In this document: piece after piece, positions 10,637 through 23,149 of the stretch
How the letters are laid out: each line of letters starts with the position of its first letter
Numbering within the stretch: the stretch's first letter is position 1
IMG/VR virus record: IMGVR_UViG_3300045988_155865
Location: 60,944 to 124,943 of that record
Direction: 5' to 3' (one strand)
Length of the DNA stretch: 64,000 nt
From: a virus
Translations under genes and position numbers: made by a program
Notes under the pieces: model-generated
What the model was told of the DNA's origin: nothing
What the model saw: only the letters and a program-made list of their open reading frames with translations
Databases searched by the model: none

Positions 10637-11376
10637 TTTAATCCTTTACTATATCTATAAAGTCTTTCAACTGCCTTAAAATTATTTTCTTTATTTGTAG
10701 TTCTTTTTACTTCTTGTTCCCAAACTATTTCAAAATCATCTGGGGCATTTTGCTCTGAAATAAATACATAATTATTTTTTGATAATTCTCTAACCCAATT
10801 CCAAAAATGCTCATAGTCCATTTTTGGTTGATTAGCATATCCATAAGTTTTAGTTCCTTGATAAGGAGGATCTAAATAAATAACTGCTCCACTTATATTT
10901 TCATCTAATTCCCAATAATTTTGACAAGCGAATTGAATACCTTTTAAATCTGTGGCTTGTGCTTCTGCATTTCTATAAGCTTCGTTATAATAATTTCTAG
11001 TCGCAGTGTTTTTAGCATAGCCTCTAGGGAAACCACCATTACAATAGCTGGCAAAAAATTCCATAGCACCTATTTCCGCAAGTGACATATCTTCTGGCAT
11101 TACACCATTTTTGACATATTCTTTTCCTTTGTCCCAAAGTTCTCTATTACCATCTTTAAGAACTCCATTAAAATCTTTTTCCATTTGTTGAAGTAAAGCA
11201 ATTAAAGTATCACTTCTATCATATCCATATCTATTTTCACACTTTATTTTATCAATAATATTTGCTCCACCGACAAAACATTCAATATAAGTATTTATAT
11301 TATATTTATCAATTACTTCCTAAAGAATAGGCACGATATATTTTGCATATCTATTCTTTGAACCCATATATACCAT
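10612..11376 (-). CDS. dam: Dam-like DNA adenine methyltransferase (T4 Dam-like), 1 in-frame TAG at 11320-11322
   Basis: ORF 10612..11184 has DPPY and the C-terminal half. The upstream in-frame extension MVYMGSKNRYAKYIVPIL[TAG]EVIDKYNINTYIECFVGGANII matches T4 Dam N-terminus (GNKQSLLPELK...DLFCGGLSVS). 255 codons. Confidence 0.8.
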
Positions 11377-11534
11377 TAATTTTCACCTTCTGTTACTCTA
11401 TCAATTTCATTTAATACAGCTTGAAGAATAAATCCCATTGCACCAACACTATAACCTTTATCATTTAATGTCTGTGTAATAATTCCACTATCTAAAATTT
11501 TTCTTACTTCATCAACATTTACTGTAAATTGCAT
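11376..11534 (-). CDS. hypothetical small protein (53 aa)
   Basis: Manual translation MQFTVNVDEVRKILDSGIITQ...; GGAG RBS; TAATG overlap with dam start. Confidence 0.4.
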   Translation of the reverse strand: MQFTVNVDEVRKILDSGIITQTLNDKGYSVGAMGFILQAVLNEIDRVTEGEN

Positions 11535-11618
11535 ATTTTATTCTCCTTACTTATAATTTCTTATAATTACTAATTTTTTTGCTGCTCTAGTTGCTGCAGT
11601 ATATAACCAACGTTCATG

Positions 11619-12699
11619 CTATCCACCCCGCAAAAATTCTTCCAGTACTAGAACATTATCATATTCACTACCTTGTGCTTTATGGCAAGTAATTGCATAC
11701 CCATAATCAAATTCTTTGGGTTTCATTGGTTTAGGTACTTTTTTAAAATTATTTTTATTTATAAAAGGCTCTCCTTCTGTAAATATTTTTAAATCCATAT
11801 TTAAGCCCTCAAATTTATCTTCTCCTAAGTTAAAAGTTCCTTTCATCCCAGTTCCTAAGAAAGGATAGTTTGGAATAAATTTTACTTCTGTTAAAGTACC
11901 AACCATTCCATTGATTAAAGGATCTTCCCCAGAATCTGAAATAACATCATAATCATTTCGTAAACAAATTATTTTATCTCCGACTAAAGGAGTAGATTCT
12001 TCTGTGCTAAACAGTTGTTTTCTTCGAAGATGGTTTAAATATTTTCTAGTTATATTTTTTCCACATAAGATTTGATCTGCCCAATCTAACATACCATCAC
12101 ATAAAGCATTTGGGTCGTATATTTGAACTTCGTTCCCTTGATATAAATGCAATGGCTTTTTATCTCTTATATCCATTGTTAAACGTATAATCTCGCTTTC
12201 TTGCGCCTGCCGCATTATTTCATCTAAGAAGATATGTGGATGCTTTAATACGCCATTGTCTTCCCCTATTGGCTCTAATTGCCCAGGGTCTCCTAATGCT
12301 ATTACTGGAATTTTATGACTTAATAGTAGATCCCATAATTCTTTTGGTAACATAGATACTTCATCTACTACAATTAATTTATAAGGATGATCTAATGGTC
12401 TTTTTATTTTATGGAAAAAAGTTCCATCATTTCTTGGATATGATTCATAAAGTAATCTATGTGATGTCATCGCATTAGGGCAACCTTTTTCTTTTAATAT
12501 GAGAGCAGCTTTTCCTGTGTAAGCAATATATGTTACATCTTTTGGATCTAAATTTAAAGCTTGTATAATAAATTTTACAAGTGTTGATTTACCAGTTCCA
12601 GTTTTAAGCGTAGCCAGCAATACATGTCCAAGGTTCATTAGACTTGTATCTGGCTACGGCGATTTTCAAACCTTCTTCTTGTTTATGAGTTAGAATCAA
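11619..12699 (-). CDS. dda: Dda-like SF1B DNA helicase; N-terminal ~20 codons are in a +1 frame relative to the body
   Basis: Body ORF 11619..12638: GTGKSTL Walker A, LIVVDEVSML, GDPGQLEPI. The RBS-proximal TTG-started segment MILTHKQEEGLKIAVARYKSN matches T4 Dda LTEGQKNAFNIVMKAIKEKK but lies in the other frame. Confidence 0.7.
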
Positions 12700-12760
12700 G
12701 TTTTACTTCCTCCTTTCTTTCTTTTAAAAATCTTCTATATTTCATAAATTATCATTTCAA

Positions 12761-13096
12761 TTAAAATAAATTAAAATCTGTGTCTATTTTAAAATAATCA
12801 TCATTAATTGTCAAATCAATTCCACCATAATCCTCAAACAGTCCTAATTCTGCTCTTTTCCCACGTTCTACTTTTGGTTCAAAAAATTCTAAATCGCCCT
12901 TTGAATCCTCGTCTCCGGCCCTATGAGGCTCTGCGATTTTTTTATCCAAAGATATATCTTCTGATATATCACATGTATTAATGTCTACTCCTATGGTTGA
13001 TAATATTTTTAAACTCTCGCTTATTTGTTCTGCACTACGAGTAGTGAATTCAATTAACGCCTTTAAAGCTTCGCCTAAGGCTTCTATACTTCGGTC
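12761..13096 (-). CDS. hypothetical acidic protein
   Basis: ORF 12761..12949 extends upstream in frame (no ATG; TTG/ATA/ATT start); ends shortly before a terminator. Confidence 0.4.
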   Translation of the reverse strand, partial: DRSIEALGEALKALIEFTTRSAEQISESLKILSTIGVDINTCDISEDISLDKKIAEPHRAGDEDSKGDLEFFEPKVERGKRAELGLFEDYGGIDLTINDDYFKIDTDFNLF

Positions 13097-13111
13097 TATA
13101 ATTTACACCCC

Positions 13112-13150
13112 CCCTAAAAAAAATAAAAAGGAGCGTTTATTGCGCTCCTT
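13112..13150 (-). terminator. rho-independent terminator (AAAGGAGCGC...GCGCTCCTTT + T-run on the minus strand)
   Basis: Hairpin plus U-tract immediately downstream of the 13155..13772 gene. Confidence 0.6.
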
Positions 13151-13154
13151 TGAT

Positions 13155-13772
13155 TTATCTTACTCTATACACCTTTCGAGTGCCATTCATCCAATCAGAA
13201 GCGTTACAATTCCATACTAATATGTCAATTTTATTTCCTTTTATTGCTCCTCCGCAATCACGAGCAACTCTATATCCAATTCCTTCAATATATACTCGTG
13301 TATTATATGGAATTACTCTTGGGTCTACTGCAATAGCATAATCAACAACATCAACAAGATTGTCTCCCAAAGCAGTTTTAGTAGAGCCACCATTTTCTTC
13401 TGCTGAAGTATTATATACCGTACATCTAAAATCCCCTATATATTCTAAATTACCATTTACTTCTGGAGTAGAAGTTAATTCTTCTTCAGTTTCTACTAAA
13501 TATGAAGCATCACAATATCCTTGCGTTTCTCCATTCCAAACTTCCCACCATTTACCACTAGGATCAGTTCCTATAATTTGAAGTTGAGATCCTTTTTCAA
13601 AGGTTGTAAGAATATTATCTTCATTTGCGTTTGGAGTTTTTCTACAATTTAAACCTGCGTTAGCGTTTACATACCAAGTTGGAAATGTATTTTCTGTTGC
13701 AGAAGCAATAGTAGCTACTCCACCAATTGTTAAATTTAATGATACCAATATTGAAATTATTTTCTTTAGCAT
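13155..13772 (-). CDS. secreted SH3 + 3D-domain cell-wall protein (possible lytic transglycosylase-like)
   Basis: Signal peptide MLKKIISILVSLNLTIGGVATIASA; SH3_3-like WYVNANAGLNCRKTPN; 3D-domain signature DPRVIPYNTRVYIEGIGYRVARDCGGAIKGNKIDI. Confidence 0.6.
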   Translation of the reverse strand: MLKKIISILVSLNLTIGGVATIASATENTFPTWYVNANAGLNCRKTPNANEDNILTTFEKGSQLQIIGTDPSGKWWEVWNGETQGYCDASYLVETEEELTSTPEVNGNLEYIGDFRCTVYNTSAEENGGSTKTALGDNLVDVVDYAIAVDPRVIPYNTRVYIEGIGYRVARDCGGAIKGNKIDILVWNCNASDWMNGTRKVYRVR

Positions 13773-13790
13773 AAATTTTCTCCTTTAATT

Positions 13791-15548
13791 TTAAAAATAA
13801 TATTTTTTATTTGAAACTATTTCATAGTCATCTATTAAGATTTGTGGGGTAATGTTACCTCCCCACTCATTTTTTTCACATCTGCCTACTATATTAATAA
13901 CAGTACAGCCATTTCCGAATTCTGGATTTAACTTATCAAATTCTTCTTGTGAGGATTTAAATTTAATGCAACTAATTCCAGAAGGCAATGTTATTTTGAT
14001 AGTAGGACTTTTATCTGGTGACATAAGCGTTAAATTATTAGAAGTAATATTTATATTTTCAAAAGCTATTTTTGGCTCTTCTACTCCTTGTCCCCATAAA
14101 GATTTCAAATTAGCTATTTCAAGAATATCTTTTGCTTGACAATCTCGCATGCCATAAATAAAATCTACCTTATAATTTGGTGAGAACTCAAAATCTTTTA
14201 ATCTATTTTCAACTATTTCAAAAAATAAGTCAAACTTTTCTTCGCTTATACTAAAACCGAATGCATTTGCATGTCCTTGTGCATAGCCGCCATCGTCCTA
14301 GAGACCACAATCATATAGAAACTATTTAAAATCTTGTAACTTTGATTTATCATAACCTCGGCCAGAGCCTTCCCACCAAACCTTATTATCTCTTTCAGTC
14401 TAATTTAATAATAAGACTGGTCTTTTATATCTATCCATTAAAACATTAGCAATTAAACCAGTAAGATTTTTATTACATTTTGCCTCTTTTGGAAGTTGAA
14501 TTACAAGAATTTTATTTTGTAATAAATCATTTTCACGAATAATGGTTTCTGCTATTTCTATACTATTATCTCTTTCTCTTGTTTGTCTATTTTTTATATT
14601 ATTACAATTTCTACAAGCTTGTTCTACTTTGCTTTCTAACTAACCCTTACAGCCACGTTTTGTCGATGGAATTTGTTGATAAGCTTTATATTCAAGCATA
14701 GATTCAAATAAAAGCATTTTTTCATCTAAATCTCCTACTCTAATGGTAGCATTCACGTATGGTGCTATATAAAATGCAATTCCAGTTGGCGTTAATTCAT
14801 TTCCAATAGAAAATGAATTTCTTTGAATCATAGTTCTTATAAAAGGATTTCTAATATTAGCGATGCCTTTCTCTATAATTCTTTTTGTCTCAAAATCTTT
14901 TAAACTCATAACGTCAGCTATGATACCTAAAGCAGCTAAATCTAAAAATTCATCTGCATAATGTACATCCATTATCTAATCTATATAACTACAAAATTTA
15001 TAAACCATACCAGCGCCAGATAAAGACTTTGTAGGATAATTACATAACTGATTATTAATGACACAAGCATATTCACTTATACTTTCAGCTTCATGATGAT
15101 CAATAACTAAAACATCTATACCTTTTTCTTTTAAAATTTTATGTTGTTCATAATCATTACTTGCGCTGTCTGCTGCAATAACAAGACCAACGTCATCTGG
15201 AAGCTCGTCTAAAATAATACCATGCTATTTCCCGGGGTGCATAATATGAGTTATTGAAGTCGCATATTTTGGAAACAAGCGATATAAGTAATTCGTCAAA
15301 ATTGCTGAACTTGTAAAACCATCACAGTCTGGATCTACAATCATAACTGTTTTAGAAAAATTTTGAATATGACTAGTAAGTAATTTAACTCCTGCTTTCA
15401 TATTTTCTATTTGGGTAGGATTTAAAATATCATCATCTGTTGTGTTTAGATAATGCTATATATCAGAAAAATTAAATCCTCTATTTGTTAACACCTATTC
15501 GACCACTGTGTACTATGGGATCCTTGGTGCTATTAATTGATAGTTCAA
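13791..15548 (-). CDS. recJ: ssDNA exonuclease RecJ (DHH, DHHA1, OB), at least 8 in-frame TAG codons
   Basis: ORFs 13791..14150 (RecJ OB domain) and 14640..14972 (DHH region) share a frame. Manual translation of the gaps and upstream gives VDPDCDGFTSS, VLVIDHH, WEGSGRGYDKS, GGYAQGHANAFG interrupted only by TAG. TTG start after AGGAGG. Confidence 0.8.
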
Positions 15549-15587
15549 GGTTATCAGCCTCCTTTCATAATCACAACCTCCTTAATA

Positions 15588-15887
15588 AAAATTAACAGCT
15601 TGATATGGAAATCTTTTTATACAAGGATATGCTACTGCCATTACTTCTTTACTTTTTCTTTTACAAAAAGGAATATAACCTATATTACAACTTTTCCCTC
15701 TGCTACAATTTCTTAATGGTGCTACGCTCCAAATATCGTCATTTTTAAACGTTACTTCATACTATTTATGATTTTTTGATTTAGATATATGCTCTGGTTC
15801 TATTCCAATAAATTTATAATTAGCAATGATTTCATCTAATTTATTGCAACCTTTCTAAAAATTTTCATACCAAATTATACCTGTCAT
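15588..15887 (-). CDS. hypothetical Cys-rich protein, 2 in-frame TAG codons
   Basis: Manual translation MTGIIWYENF[TAG]KGCNKLDEII...CSRGKSC...; start overlaps primase stop. Confidence 0.4.
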
Positions 15888-16990
15888 AATATTATCCTCT
15901 CTTTATATAATTGTAAAAACTTTTCTTTTCCTTCGTCGGTAGGAGATGACTTATAATCAGTAATCATATGTTTATCAAATAGACAAGATATAATTACGTA
16001 TTTATTATATCTTTTTCCTAAATTAGTTAAATTTTTTGTAAGATGTTTAAATTCTTTATCTCCTATTTCTTGGAATTGTCTATCTAAAGCAATTATAATT
16101 TCTTTTGCGCCAGCATTAATTAAACTATTTATTTGAAAAGCAGACACATTACTTCCGCAACAAGCTACTGCTATATCGCTATCAATACCAAACATTGAAA
16201 TATATTGTAAAACTGATTTTTCTGATTCAAATATAATTGCTTTACCAATAATTTTTATAGCTTTCCTTGCCCAATTTAACCCATATAAATTCATTCCAAG
16301 AGGATGGTTATATTGAATACCATTTACTTTTAATGGCCTATATTTACCAAAACGCTCTGCTTCTTCTAAACAAAGACTACGTCCACGTAATCCAACTAGC
16401 CTTGAATTTTCATCGAAATGAGGAATTGTGATTTGGTCTCCACCTGGATAAAATCCAATAGAAGCCAAATCTAAGGCATATTGATCAATTCCATCATTTA
16501 ACCATGGAGTTAATTTTATATTATAATTAAATTTATTTAAAATTGATTTATCATATTCTTTTAATATAATATCAAAACTTTTTGTAGATATTTCTTCTAT
16601 TTTATTATAATTTGATAAATACTTCCAATCGTCTAATTGCGGAAGTCCATCTTCAAGCTCTTCTGTGCCAGCTATTCCAAACCGTTGAGCGACAAACCGC
16701 ACAGCATCATTTAGATCCCAGTCAGTATTATTTTGAACGCTCATTATTTTTATCATAAGCTCAAAAATATCAAAACTAGGTTCATCACAACCAGTATAGC
16801 AATGAAATAGAGTGCTATTTTCATAAAAATATAATTTACGACTTCCGTCTCCTGGCTTATTATGACAAATAGTGGAAGAGAGAATTCCAAAGCTTGTATA
16901 CTCTGGATCTCCTCCAAATTCTGATAAAAGCTCAAAGACGTCATATATAGTTAAATTATTTCTAATTTCGCTTTTATCATATGTTATCAT
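15884..16990 (-). CDS. dnaG: DNA primase (CHC2 zinc finger + TOPRIM)
   Basis: ORF track; CHNKPGDGSRKLYFYENSTLFHCYTGC zinc finger; TOPRIM-like IIFESEKSVLQ / IALDRQ; no TAG. Confidence 0.7.
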   Translation of the reverse strand: MITYDKSEIRNNLTIYDVFELLSEFGGDPEYTSFGILSSTICHNKPGDGSRKLYFYENSTLFHCYTGCDEPSFDIFELMIKIMSVQNNTDWDLNDAVRFVAQRFGIAGTEELEDGLPQLDDWKYLSNYNKIEEISTKSFDIILKEYDKSILNKFNYNIKLTPWLNDGIDQYALDLASIGFYPGGDQITIPHFDENSRLVGLRGRSLCLEEAERFGKYRPLKVNGIQYNHPLGMNLYGLNWARKAIKIIGKAIIFESEKSVLQYISMFGIDSDIAVACCGSNVSAFQINSLINAGAKEIIIALDRQFQEIGDKEFKHLTKNLTNLGKRYNKYVIISCLFDKHMITDYKSSPTDEGKEKFLQLYKERIIL

Positions 16991-17178
16991 AATTATTCTC
17001 CTATTACTTTTGTTACAGTTCCTAATATTCCATAATTATTTTTTACATAATCGCATAAGTATTTTTGATTGTTACCCTTTTTTTCTTTGTTTTTTCTTGT
17101 TTTTAAAATAGCCTTTATTTGTTCTATTGGCATTTTGTATTCTACATAACCCTTCATATTTACTTATCTCCTTTTTTT

Positions 17179-18708
17179 TTATTCAAACGCAGATTCATCA
17201 ACCTTAATTGTTGTATTGTCTATTTCTTTAAATATAAAATCATAACCAGTACAAAATAAAGGTGTTATTCTACAAGTAGATAAATCTGCTTTACACCATA
17301 AATATACTCCTTTATATGAACCTCGTCTATTTTTATAGATTGATATTTTCATATTAGGATATTCAAACCCTCTATTTTTTATGATTGGATCCAATTTAGC
17401 TAAGTCTTCTGGGGAGACTCCTAGTATAATCATACCTAAGTCGATCTTATCAGCGATTGATTTAGCTCCTCTTAATAAATTCTAATCTGGAGTTTCTGCG
17501 TCTACATAACTACCATTTAACTAAGTAGCTGACATAATAAAAATACCTAATTGATTACATATATCTTTTAATTTTATAGACATCATAAATAAGATATTAT
17601 CTTCTCTTAATTTAACTCCACCAGAACGTCTAGTTATTTCTTCTAATATCTTAATACTTGTGTGCATATAGTCCAGAAAAACGTACTTTACGTCTAGGTC
17701 GCGGACACCTTTTTTTATATGATTTTCAACATCTTGCAAAGAAAAATCTGGAAGTTCGTCTATATAAATAGGACTATTAGATAAAATCTCAGCGGCTTTT
17801 AAAACTCGCTCTTTTTCATCTCCCTAATAAGTTCCATTTAAGATATGTTCTTCGTCTACATTAGATAAAAAAGCTAACATCATTGTCTGCACTTCATCTG
17901 CTTTTTGTTCTGTTGAAATAAATAAAGTAGGTTCAGCAGTACCATTATGTATCCAACCAAAATCTTCGTGATAAATCATATTACAACCAATATAACAAGC
18001 ATCAGCTATCATTGATCTAGATTTACCACAGCCAGTTGGTGCTGACCGCAAATAAAACTTAGTTAATCTTGCCCCTCGAGTAACAGTATTAATTAACGGA
18101 CCATATAAAGGAATTCCTACTTCTGGATTTTTTTCTAAGCTATCTATTAAATTAAAAATATTATCTCCAGCCGATGTTATTTCATCAAATTCATTATCAA
18201 CATATCTATATCTAATTTCTTCAATTTTATCCACTACTTTTTGAGCGATAGATGTTAATGAAGCATTATCCAAATTATCTTCCTATAATTGTTTCTTTTT
18301 TGTATCAAGGATATTATCTGGATCATAAATAAAAGTTACATCTATCCCATGACTATCGAATTCTCTTAATAAAGTCATTTTTTTCATACGATTATAATAA
18401 TAATCAAAAGTTGCTGGCATACTTTTTTCAGAAACTTCAAGCAACCATTCCTCACCTTTATATTGCTTATAAATAGCCTACGCCTTTGGACGTGTTGACA
18501 AAAAATCTGATATTGTTTCTAAAGTTATTTCCTTTGCTCCTAATTCATATATCTTATAAATCGCACCAAATACTATTTTATGAAATTCATTACAAAAATC
18601 TTCATCTGTTATAGTATATTTATCAGATAAATCTAATAAACCTACATTGTTAAATACAGAACCAATTACCTACATAATTGCGGTTGTATCTACATATTTA
18701 CTATTCAT
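17179..18708 (-). CDS. dnaB: DnaB-like replicative helicase, about 5 in-frame TAG codons
   Basis: ORFs 17824..18273, 17521..17739 and 17179..17433 are all in one frame; upstream in-frame piece starts MNSKYVDTTAIM after AGGAGG. Walker A RSAPTGCGKS; DnaB N-domain-like region. Confidence 0.75.
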
Positions 18709-19222
18709 TTACTTCCTCCTCATCTAAAAACGAAAATAATTTACGTTTTTTTATTTTTCTTTCTGGAGGCTTTATATAAATTACAACTTCTTTTGGTTTA
18801 TACGCATTTTTTATTTTTTCTTCATTTTGTTCTTGTACTTCTAATAATGATTGATAGTATAATCTTGCTTGCTCATAAACATATGGAACTAAACCAACTC
18901 CGCCATTGGCCTTTTCTATCTTATTATGTTTTATTTCAAAGGCATATACTAAAGCTCCATGAATACCTGAATAAGTATAATTATAATCTTTTCTATATGT
19001 TTTAATTTGTTTCTAAATTTTAGGAGTTATACAATCTATATTAAACAATTTTTTTATATATTGTTCAAGTTTTTCTTTGTCCTATTCCTCCTAACTCTTT
19101 GGAGGGTCTATGCCAGTAGCACATTTATAATGAGCATACCTTCTGGCTGAAGTATTGATAAAAGGTTCTTTATCTCTATCAAAAATTTGACCACAAATTG
19201 AACATTTAACCCTGTGTGCCAT
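18698..19222 (-). CDS. hypothetical Zn-ribbon protein, 3 in-frame TAG codons
   Basis: Manual translation MAHRVKCSICGQIFD...YKCATGIDPPKS[TAG]EE[TAG]...; 175 codons (divisible by 3); overlaps dnaB start. Confidence 0.45.
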
Positions 19223-19244
19223 AGATTTACTCCTTTCTTTTATT

Positions 19245-19303
19245 ATATAATTATAATATCATATTTTAATAAAAAAATCAACCCTAAGATGCTTAGGGTT
19301 GAT
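19245..19303 (-). promoter_or_regulatory. hairpin terminator (CAACCCTAAG...CTTAGGGTTG) immediately followed by a family promoter (TTGATTTTTTTATTAAAATATGATATTATAATTATATAAT)
   Basis: Seen in sequence between the Sak4-like gene end and the 18698..19222 start. Confidence 0.5.
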
Positions 19304-19308
19304 ACCTA

Positions 19309-20298
19309 TTATAAAAGATTCTTTAAATCAAAAAGAATTAAATCTATTTGCGGTGCTTGCTCTTCAGTGCAATCACCAACTTTTTTTCCTTTTCCAAGAT
19401 GATTGTCTACTATTGTGGTAATCTTCGTACTCATGCCTTGATCTTTTGCCATAAGTTTACTTACAATTTCAGAAAATTCTTTCATCATAGCTTCAAAGTC
19501 ATAGGTTGTATCTTCGCTATGAAGATTTATTGTATCTTCTGTTACAAATTGATTATTTGTTTCTGCAGCTTCTTTATCTACTGCATTCTCAATTGCTTTT
19601 ACAAGATTATCATAATTAAAATCAATAACTGGTTCAATATACTTGAAACGAGAACCAGCTACAAATCTTGGAGTACCTCTTAAAAACAATTTTGTTTTTG
19701 CTCCTTCTTCTGTATCAACAATTCTTGAATAACCAATAATGTCACAAGTTCTTTCACAAACTAATCTTGCTTTATTTTCAAGGGTTGGAATAATTTGATT
19801 ATATTCTTGTCCTTGTTCATCTTTAAATGTTTTATCTTGCGCATGAGAAATCAATACAAGACCATAATCCATTTGAAGAATTTTTCTTATACATTCATCA
19901 AATTCTAACTAAGCCATTTTAAAGCCTTTTCCAAAAGGAATATCACTTATTGCTTCATATGAATGTGTAGCATCACTTTCTCTATTGCAAATAAACTTTT
20001 CACAATATTGATAAGCAATATCAGCAGTATCAATTACTACAGTCTAAAATATTTTTTTAACTTCTTCATCTTTTAATTCGATAAGAGCTTTTTTAAAATC
20101 ATTCCAAGAGTTCATAGGTTTTGCCATAATACCTGGAATAGCATTATAACCTTTTTCAAAAGCTAATACTAAAGCACCTGGAAACTTTGATGCTGTTGTT
20201 GTTTTTCCACTTTTTGGCTCACCATACATTAACACTGAATATCCACGCAAATTACGACTTACTACATGCGGTTTTATACTTAATAAACTATTTGCCAT
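19309..20298 (-). CDS. Sak4-like AAA_24 recombination ATPase, 2 in-frame TAG codons
   Basis: ORFs 20044..20298 (VLMYGEPKSGKTT) and 19309..19872 are in the same frame; the joining segment has VVIDTADIAYQYC. Confidence 0.7.
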
Positions 20299-20354
20299 TT
20301 ATAACATCCTTTCTTTTAACTTTTAGAATAGAATAACCCTTAAAGGGTTATTCA

Positions 20355-21311
20355 TTAAAAGTTAAATTCTCCAGGTTTTACCGCATTTGTAGGGGTTTGA
20401 CCTATCGCGCCAGCAGCCTTTTTAGCTTTATATTCATCATTTCTTTCCTTTAAAGTAGCTAGATAAGTTTCTCTGTCTTGAATAGCTTTTGTAAACTCTG
20501 CTATAGTAATACTATCATCATCATCCCAAATATAAGGTTCTTTTGCTGCTCCTGTGATAACAAAGTCTTTTCTTGTAGATTTTACTTCTCTGACAGAAGG
20601 TTCGCCAAACGCAGATTCTGTAGTAATAGTATTAACTATTGTAGTAGATAATTGTCTTCCCCAAACTTGAGTAAATACTGGTTCTGAATTTGATGCTCCA
20701 AGACTTTCAAAATAATCCATAGCATTTTCGGCAATAGCTGAAAACTCTACTGGAAGTAGACTATTTCTAAAATCAAAAATTGCACCTTTTACTATTACTT
20801 TTTCTGGAATTTGTTTTTCTTCATCGGCTTCTTTTCTTATACAATTTGTAATTACCATATCAACCTTGAAAGTATTACGAACTTTTTCATTAACATCAAG
20901 AGCATTTGTTACTAAATGTATAAAGCCACCCTCATTTCTTTTAACAGAAACAAGCTCTTCTTGACCATTTCTATCAGAATAAAATTCATTTAATCCAATA
21001 GCTGAATCAATTCTTAGTTTTGCTGCGTTTTCTTTTCCTTCTTGCATAATGCTCTTAAAATTACCATTTAAAATATCTAACAATGTACCATAAGAAGCAT
21101 TTGTTTTACCCGTGCTTGTTTTTTCTGTTACATATGTATAATGAACAGGAACAATATTTAAACATTGGTCATCTGTTGCAATCTCAACAACACCAGTGAT
21201 ATATTGTGTACCAGGCTTCTTTGAGTCAGGACCACTTACCTTCAACTCAAGTGAATGCTAATAAAGTAAGCCTTCTATATGTGTTCTATTTATAAAATTC
21301 TTTTTTGCCAT
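20355..21311 (-). CDS. hypothetical protein (possible ssDNA-binding protein), 1 in-frame TAG
   Basis: ORF 20355..21245 extends in frame to MAKKNFINRTHIEGLLY[TAG]HSLELKVSGPD after GGAG; sits directly downstream of Sak4; ends in F. Confidence 0.4.
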
Positions 21312-21330
21312 AATTTTATTCTCCTTTTAT

Positions 21331-21681
21331 TTATATAATTTCTATCTCTTTACCTTTTTCAGTGATTGTATATATTACTGGGTCTTGACCTACCTTTTCT
21401 ACAAAACCATCAGATACAAGCTTTCTCATAGCTCCAGATACAGTACGAGAAGAAATAAACAACCCCTCTGCAATATCTTTTGCTTTAAATAAAGGCGTAT
21501 CTAAATTATCTTTCATATATTGTAAAACCAATTTTCCATTTTCAGTAAACATAGGTTTTTCAATCTCTTCTTTATTTCGTAAAGCTTCTAAATAAATTTT
21601 CGCCCCTTCTGTTATTTCAACTTGCGGAGCCGCATCCATAAGTTTTTTAATAAAATCTAAAAATTCTTGTTTCTTATTCAT
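21331..21681 (-). CDS. winged-helix transcriptional regulator
   Basis: ORF track; wHTH-like SSRTVSGAMRKLVSDGFVEK. Confidence 0.5.
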   Translation of the reverse strand: MNKKQEFLDFIKKLMDAAPQVEITEGAKIYLEALRNKEEIEKPMFTENGKLVLQYMKDNLDTPLFKAKDIAEGLFISSRTVSGAMRKLVSDGFVEKVGQDPVIYTITEKGKEIEII

Positions 21682-21704
21682 TAAACATATTTCCTTTCTT
21701 TTTA

Positions 21705-21745
21705 TTTATATAAATATAATATCATATTTAATAAATAAAATCAAC
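21705..21745 (-). promoter_or_regulatory. family promoter (TTGATT - 17 nt - TGATATTAT - ATTTATATAAATAAAAAGAAAGGA)
   Basis: Upstream of the 21331..21681 start. Confidence 0.5.
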
Positions 21746-22420
21746 TTATGATTTTAGAGGCGGCATTCTACCACAACTTTTACTTTCCGGACAACCTCCT
21801 AAAACTTCACATTTAGGTTTAAAATAATTATCAATTATATATTTCCATTCTTCTGAATAATTTCTTAATGCGTTACATACATCATTAAATAATTGTCTAT
21901 ATTCCCAGTATGCTCTATTGCACATACGTTGTCTTGACATATCCATAAGATTGCGTAGATTATGTTTACAAACTATTTTTGTTGCCATTCCAAGAGGTAA
22001 CAATAAAGCACAATCCTCTTTTGGAACTCCTAATAAAGAAAGATTCACTAGTCCATCTTTTATTTTTTGAATAGTTTTTTCATAATCTTTTTTTGCTATT
22101 TCATTATTTGCAATCGAAGGAGGAATGATATAATCGAATGTTTCATAATTTATATATCGAGTGCTAGCTTGTAGTCTTGTTGGTGAACCTCCTATATGAG
22201 TGTACCATTCTCTAATAACTCTAGCTGAATATCCATTTATAGTTAAATAAACATCGGGGAACTCAAATGTTCGTCCATGCTAATCATTTAGACAATTAAT
22301 TCCTCGCTTATAGTTTCGAATAGGATCATCTGTTGGAGCACCCCAACATTCGCCAGCATATTTTCCTATCATAGTAATAGGGTTTTTTGTAGTATCTGAG
22401 TTTATTAATATTGTTCCCAT
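21746..22420 (-). CDS. thyX: flavin-dependent thymidylate synthase ThyX, 1 in-frame TAG
   Basis: ORF 21746..22048 has SRQRMCNRAYWEYRQL. Upstream in frame: MGTILINSD...CLND[TAG]HGRTFEFPDVYLTINGYSARVIREWYTHIGGSPTRLQASTRY, aligning with ThyX GHESPFEH ... RHR...SxRY. 225 codons. Confidence 0.7.
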
Positions 22421-22479
22421 AATTTAATTTCCTCATCTTTATTATACTAAATAAGTTTTGTTTCATGAGGTTTTTCATT

Positions 22480-22704
22480 CTATCTTTCTATATACTCACA
22501 ATTTTCTGGTAATAGTATTATATCTGGAAGTTTTCTAATAATTTGATTTTTAAAATGACTAATACTTACTTCAAACATTGGAGTAGTTATAGTTGATTCA
22601 TACTCATGATACAGTCTGTAATATTTTTTTATAGAATTATAAATTTCAAAAGCTTTTTCTTTTTCATCTTCATCGTATATTATCAATATTACAAGGGGTT
22701 TCAT
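22480..22704 (-). CDS. hypothetical protein
   Basis: ORF track 22480..22752; second Met at 22704 is preceded by GGGAGGG and avoids overlap with GIY-YIG. Confidence 0.4.
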   Translation of the reverse strand: MKPLVILIIYDEDEKEKAFEIYNSIKKYYRLYHEYESTITTPMFEVSISHFKNQIIRKLPDIILLPENCEYIER

Positions 22705-22705
22705 T

Positions 22706-23149
22706 TTAAGACCCTCCCTTAGTTTCATTATATCCAAAATTTTGAGATTCAAAATAGTCTATCCAATAGCATTCTTTTTCATTAAGCTATTCTCTTGGAC
22801 ACTCCTCAATAATTTCATAAGAAAAATTTTCCACCCCGACTTTATTCATAACTGTATAAAGTTTATTGCGCGTTGGTGTTTCTGCTCCTAAACCACGTTT
22901 AATATGTGTACGCAATCTTTCTTTAATATTTACTGATTGTCCGATATAAACTTTTTGATTTTCAAGATTTGTAATTTTATATATTCCGCATACGACTTTT
23001 GACCCTATAAGTCGTCCTACTAAATCTGTAAAAGGCTTTTCATAATAGCTTTTCCAAATAACTTTATTTAATGGTTCTACATTTCTCAAATAAGGAACAA
23101 CTTCACGCAATTTATTAATCTCTCTCAAATCTTCATTGGATAATTGCAA
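22706..23149 (-). CDS. GIY-YIG endonuclease, 1 in-frame TAG at 22787
   Basis: GIYKITNLENQKVYIGQSVNIKERLRTH; after TAG continues LNEKECYWIDYFESQNFGYNETKGGS to a TAA stop. Confidence 0.7.
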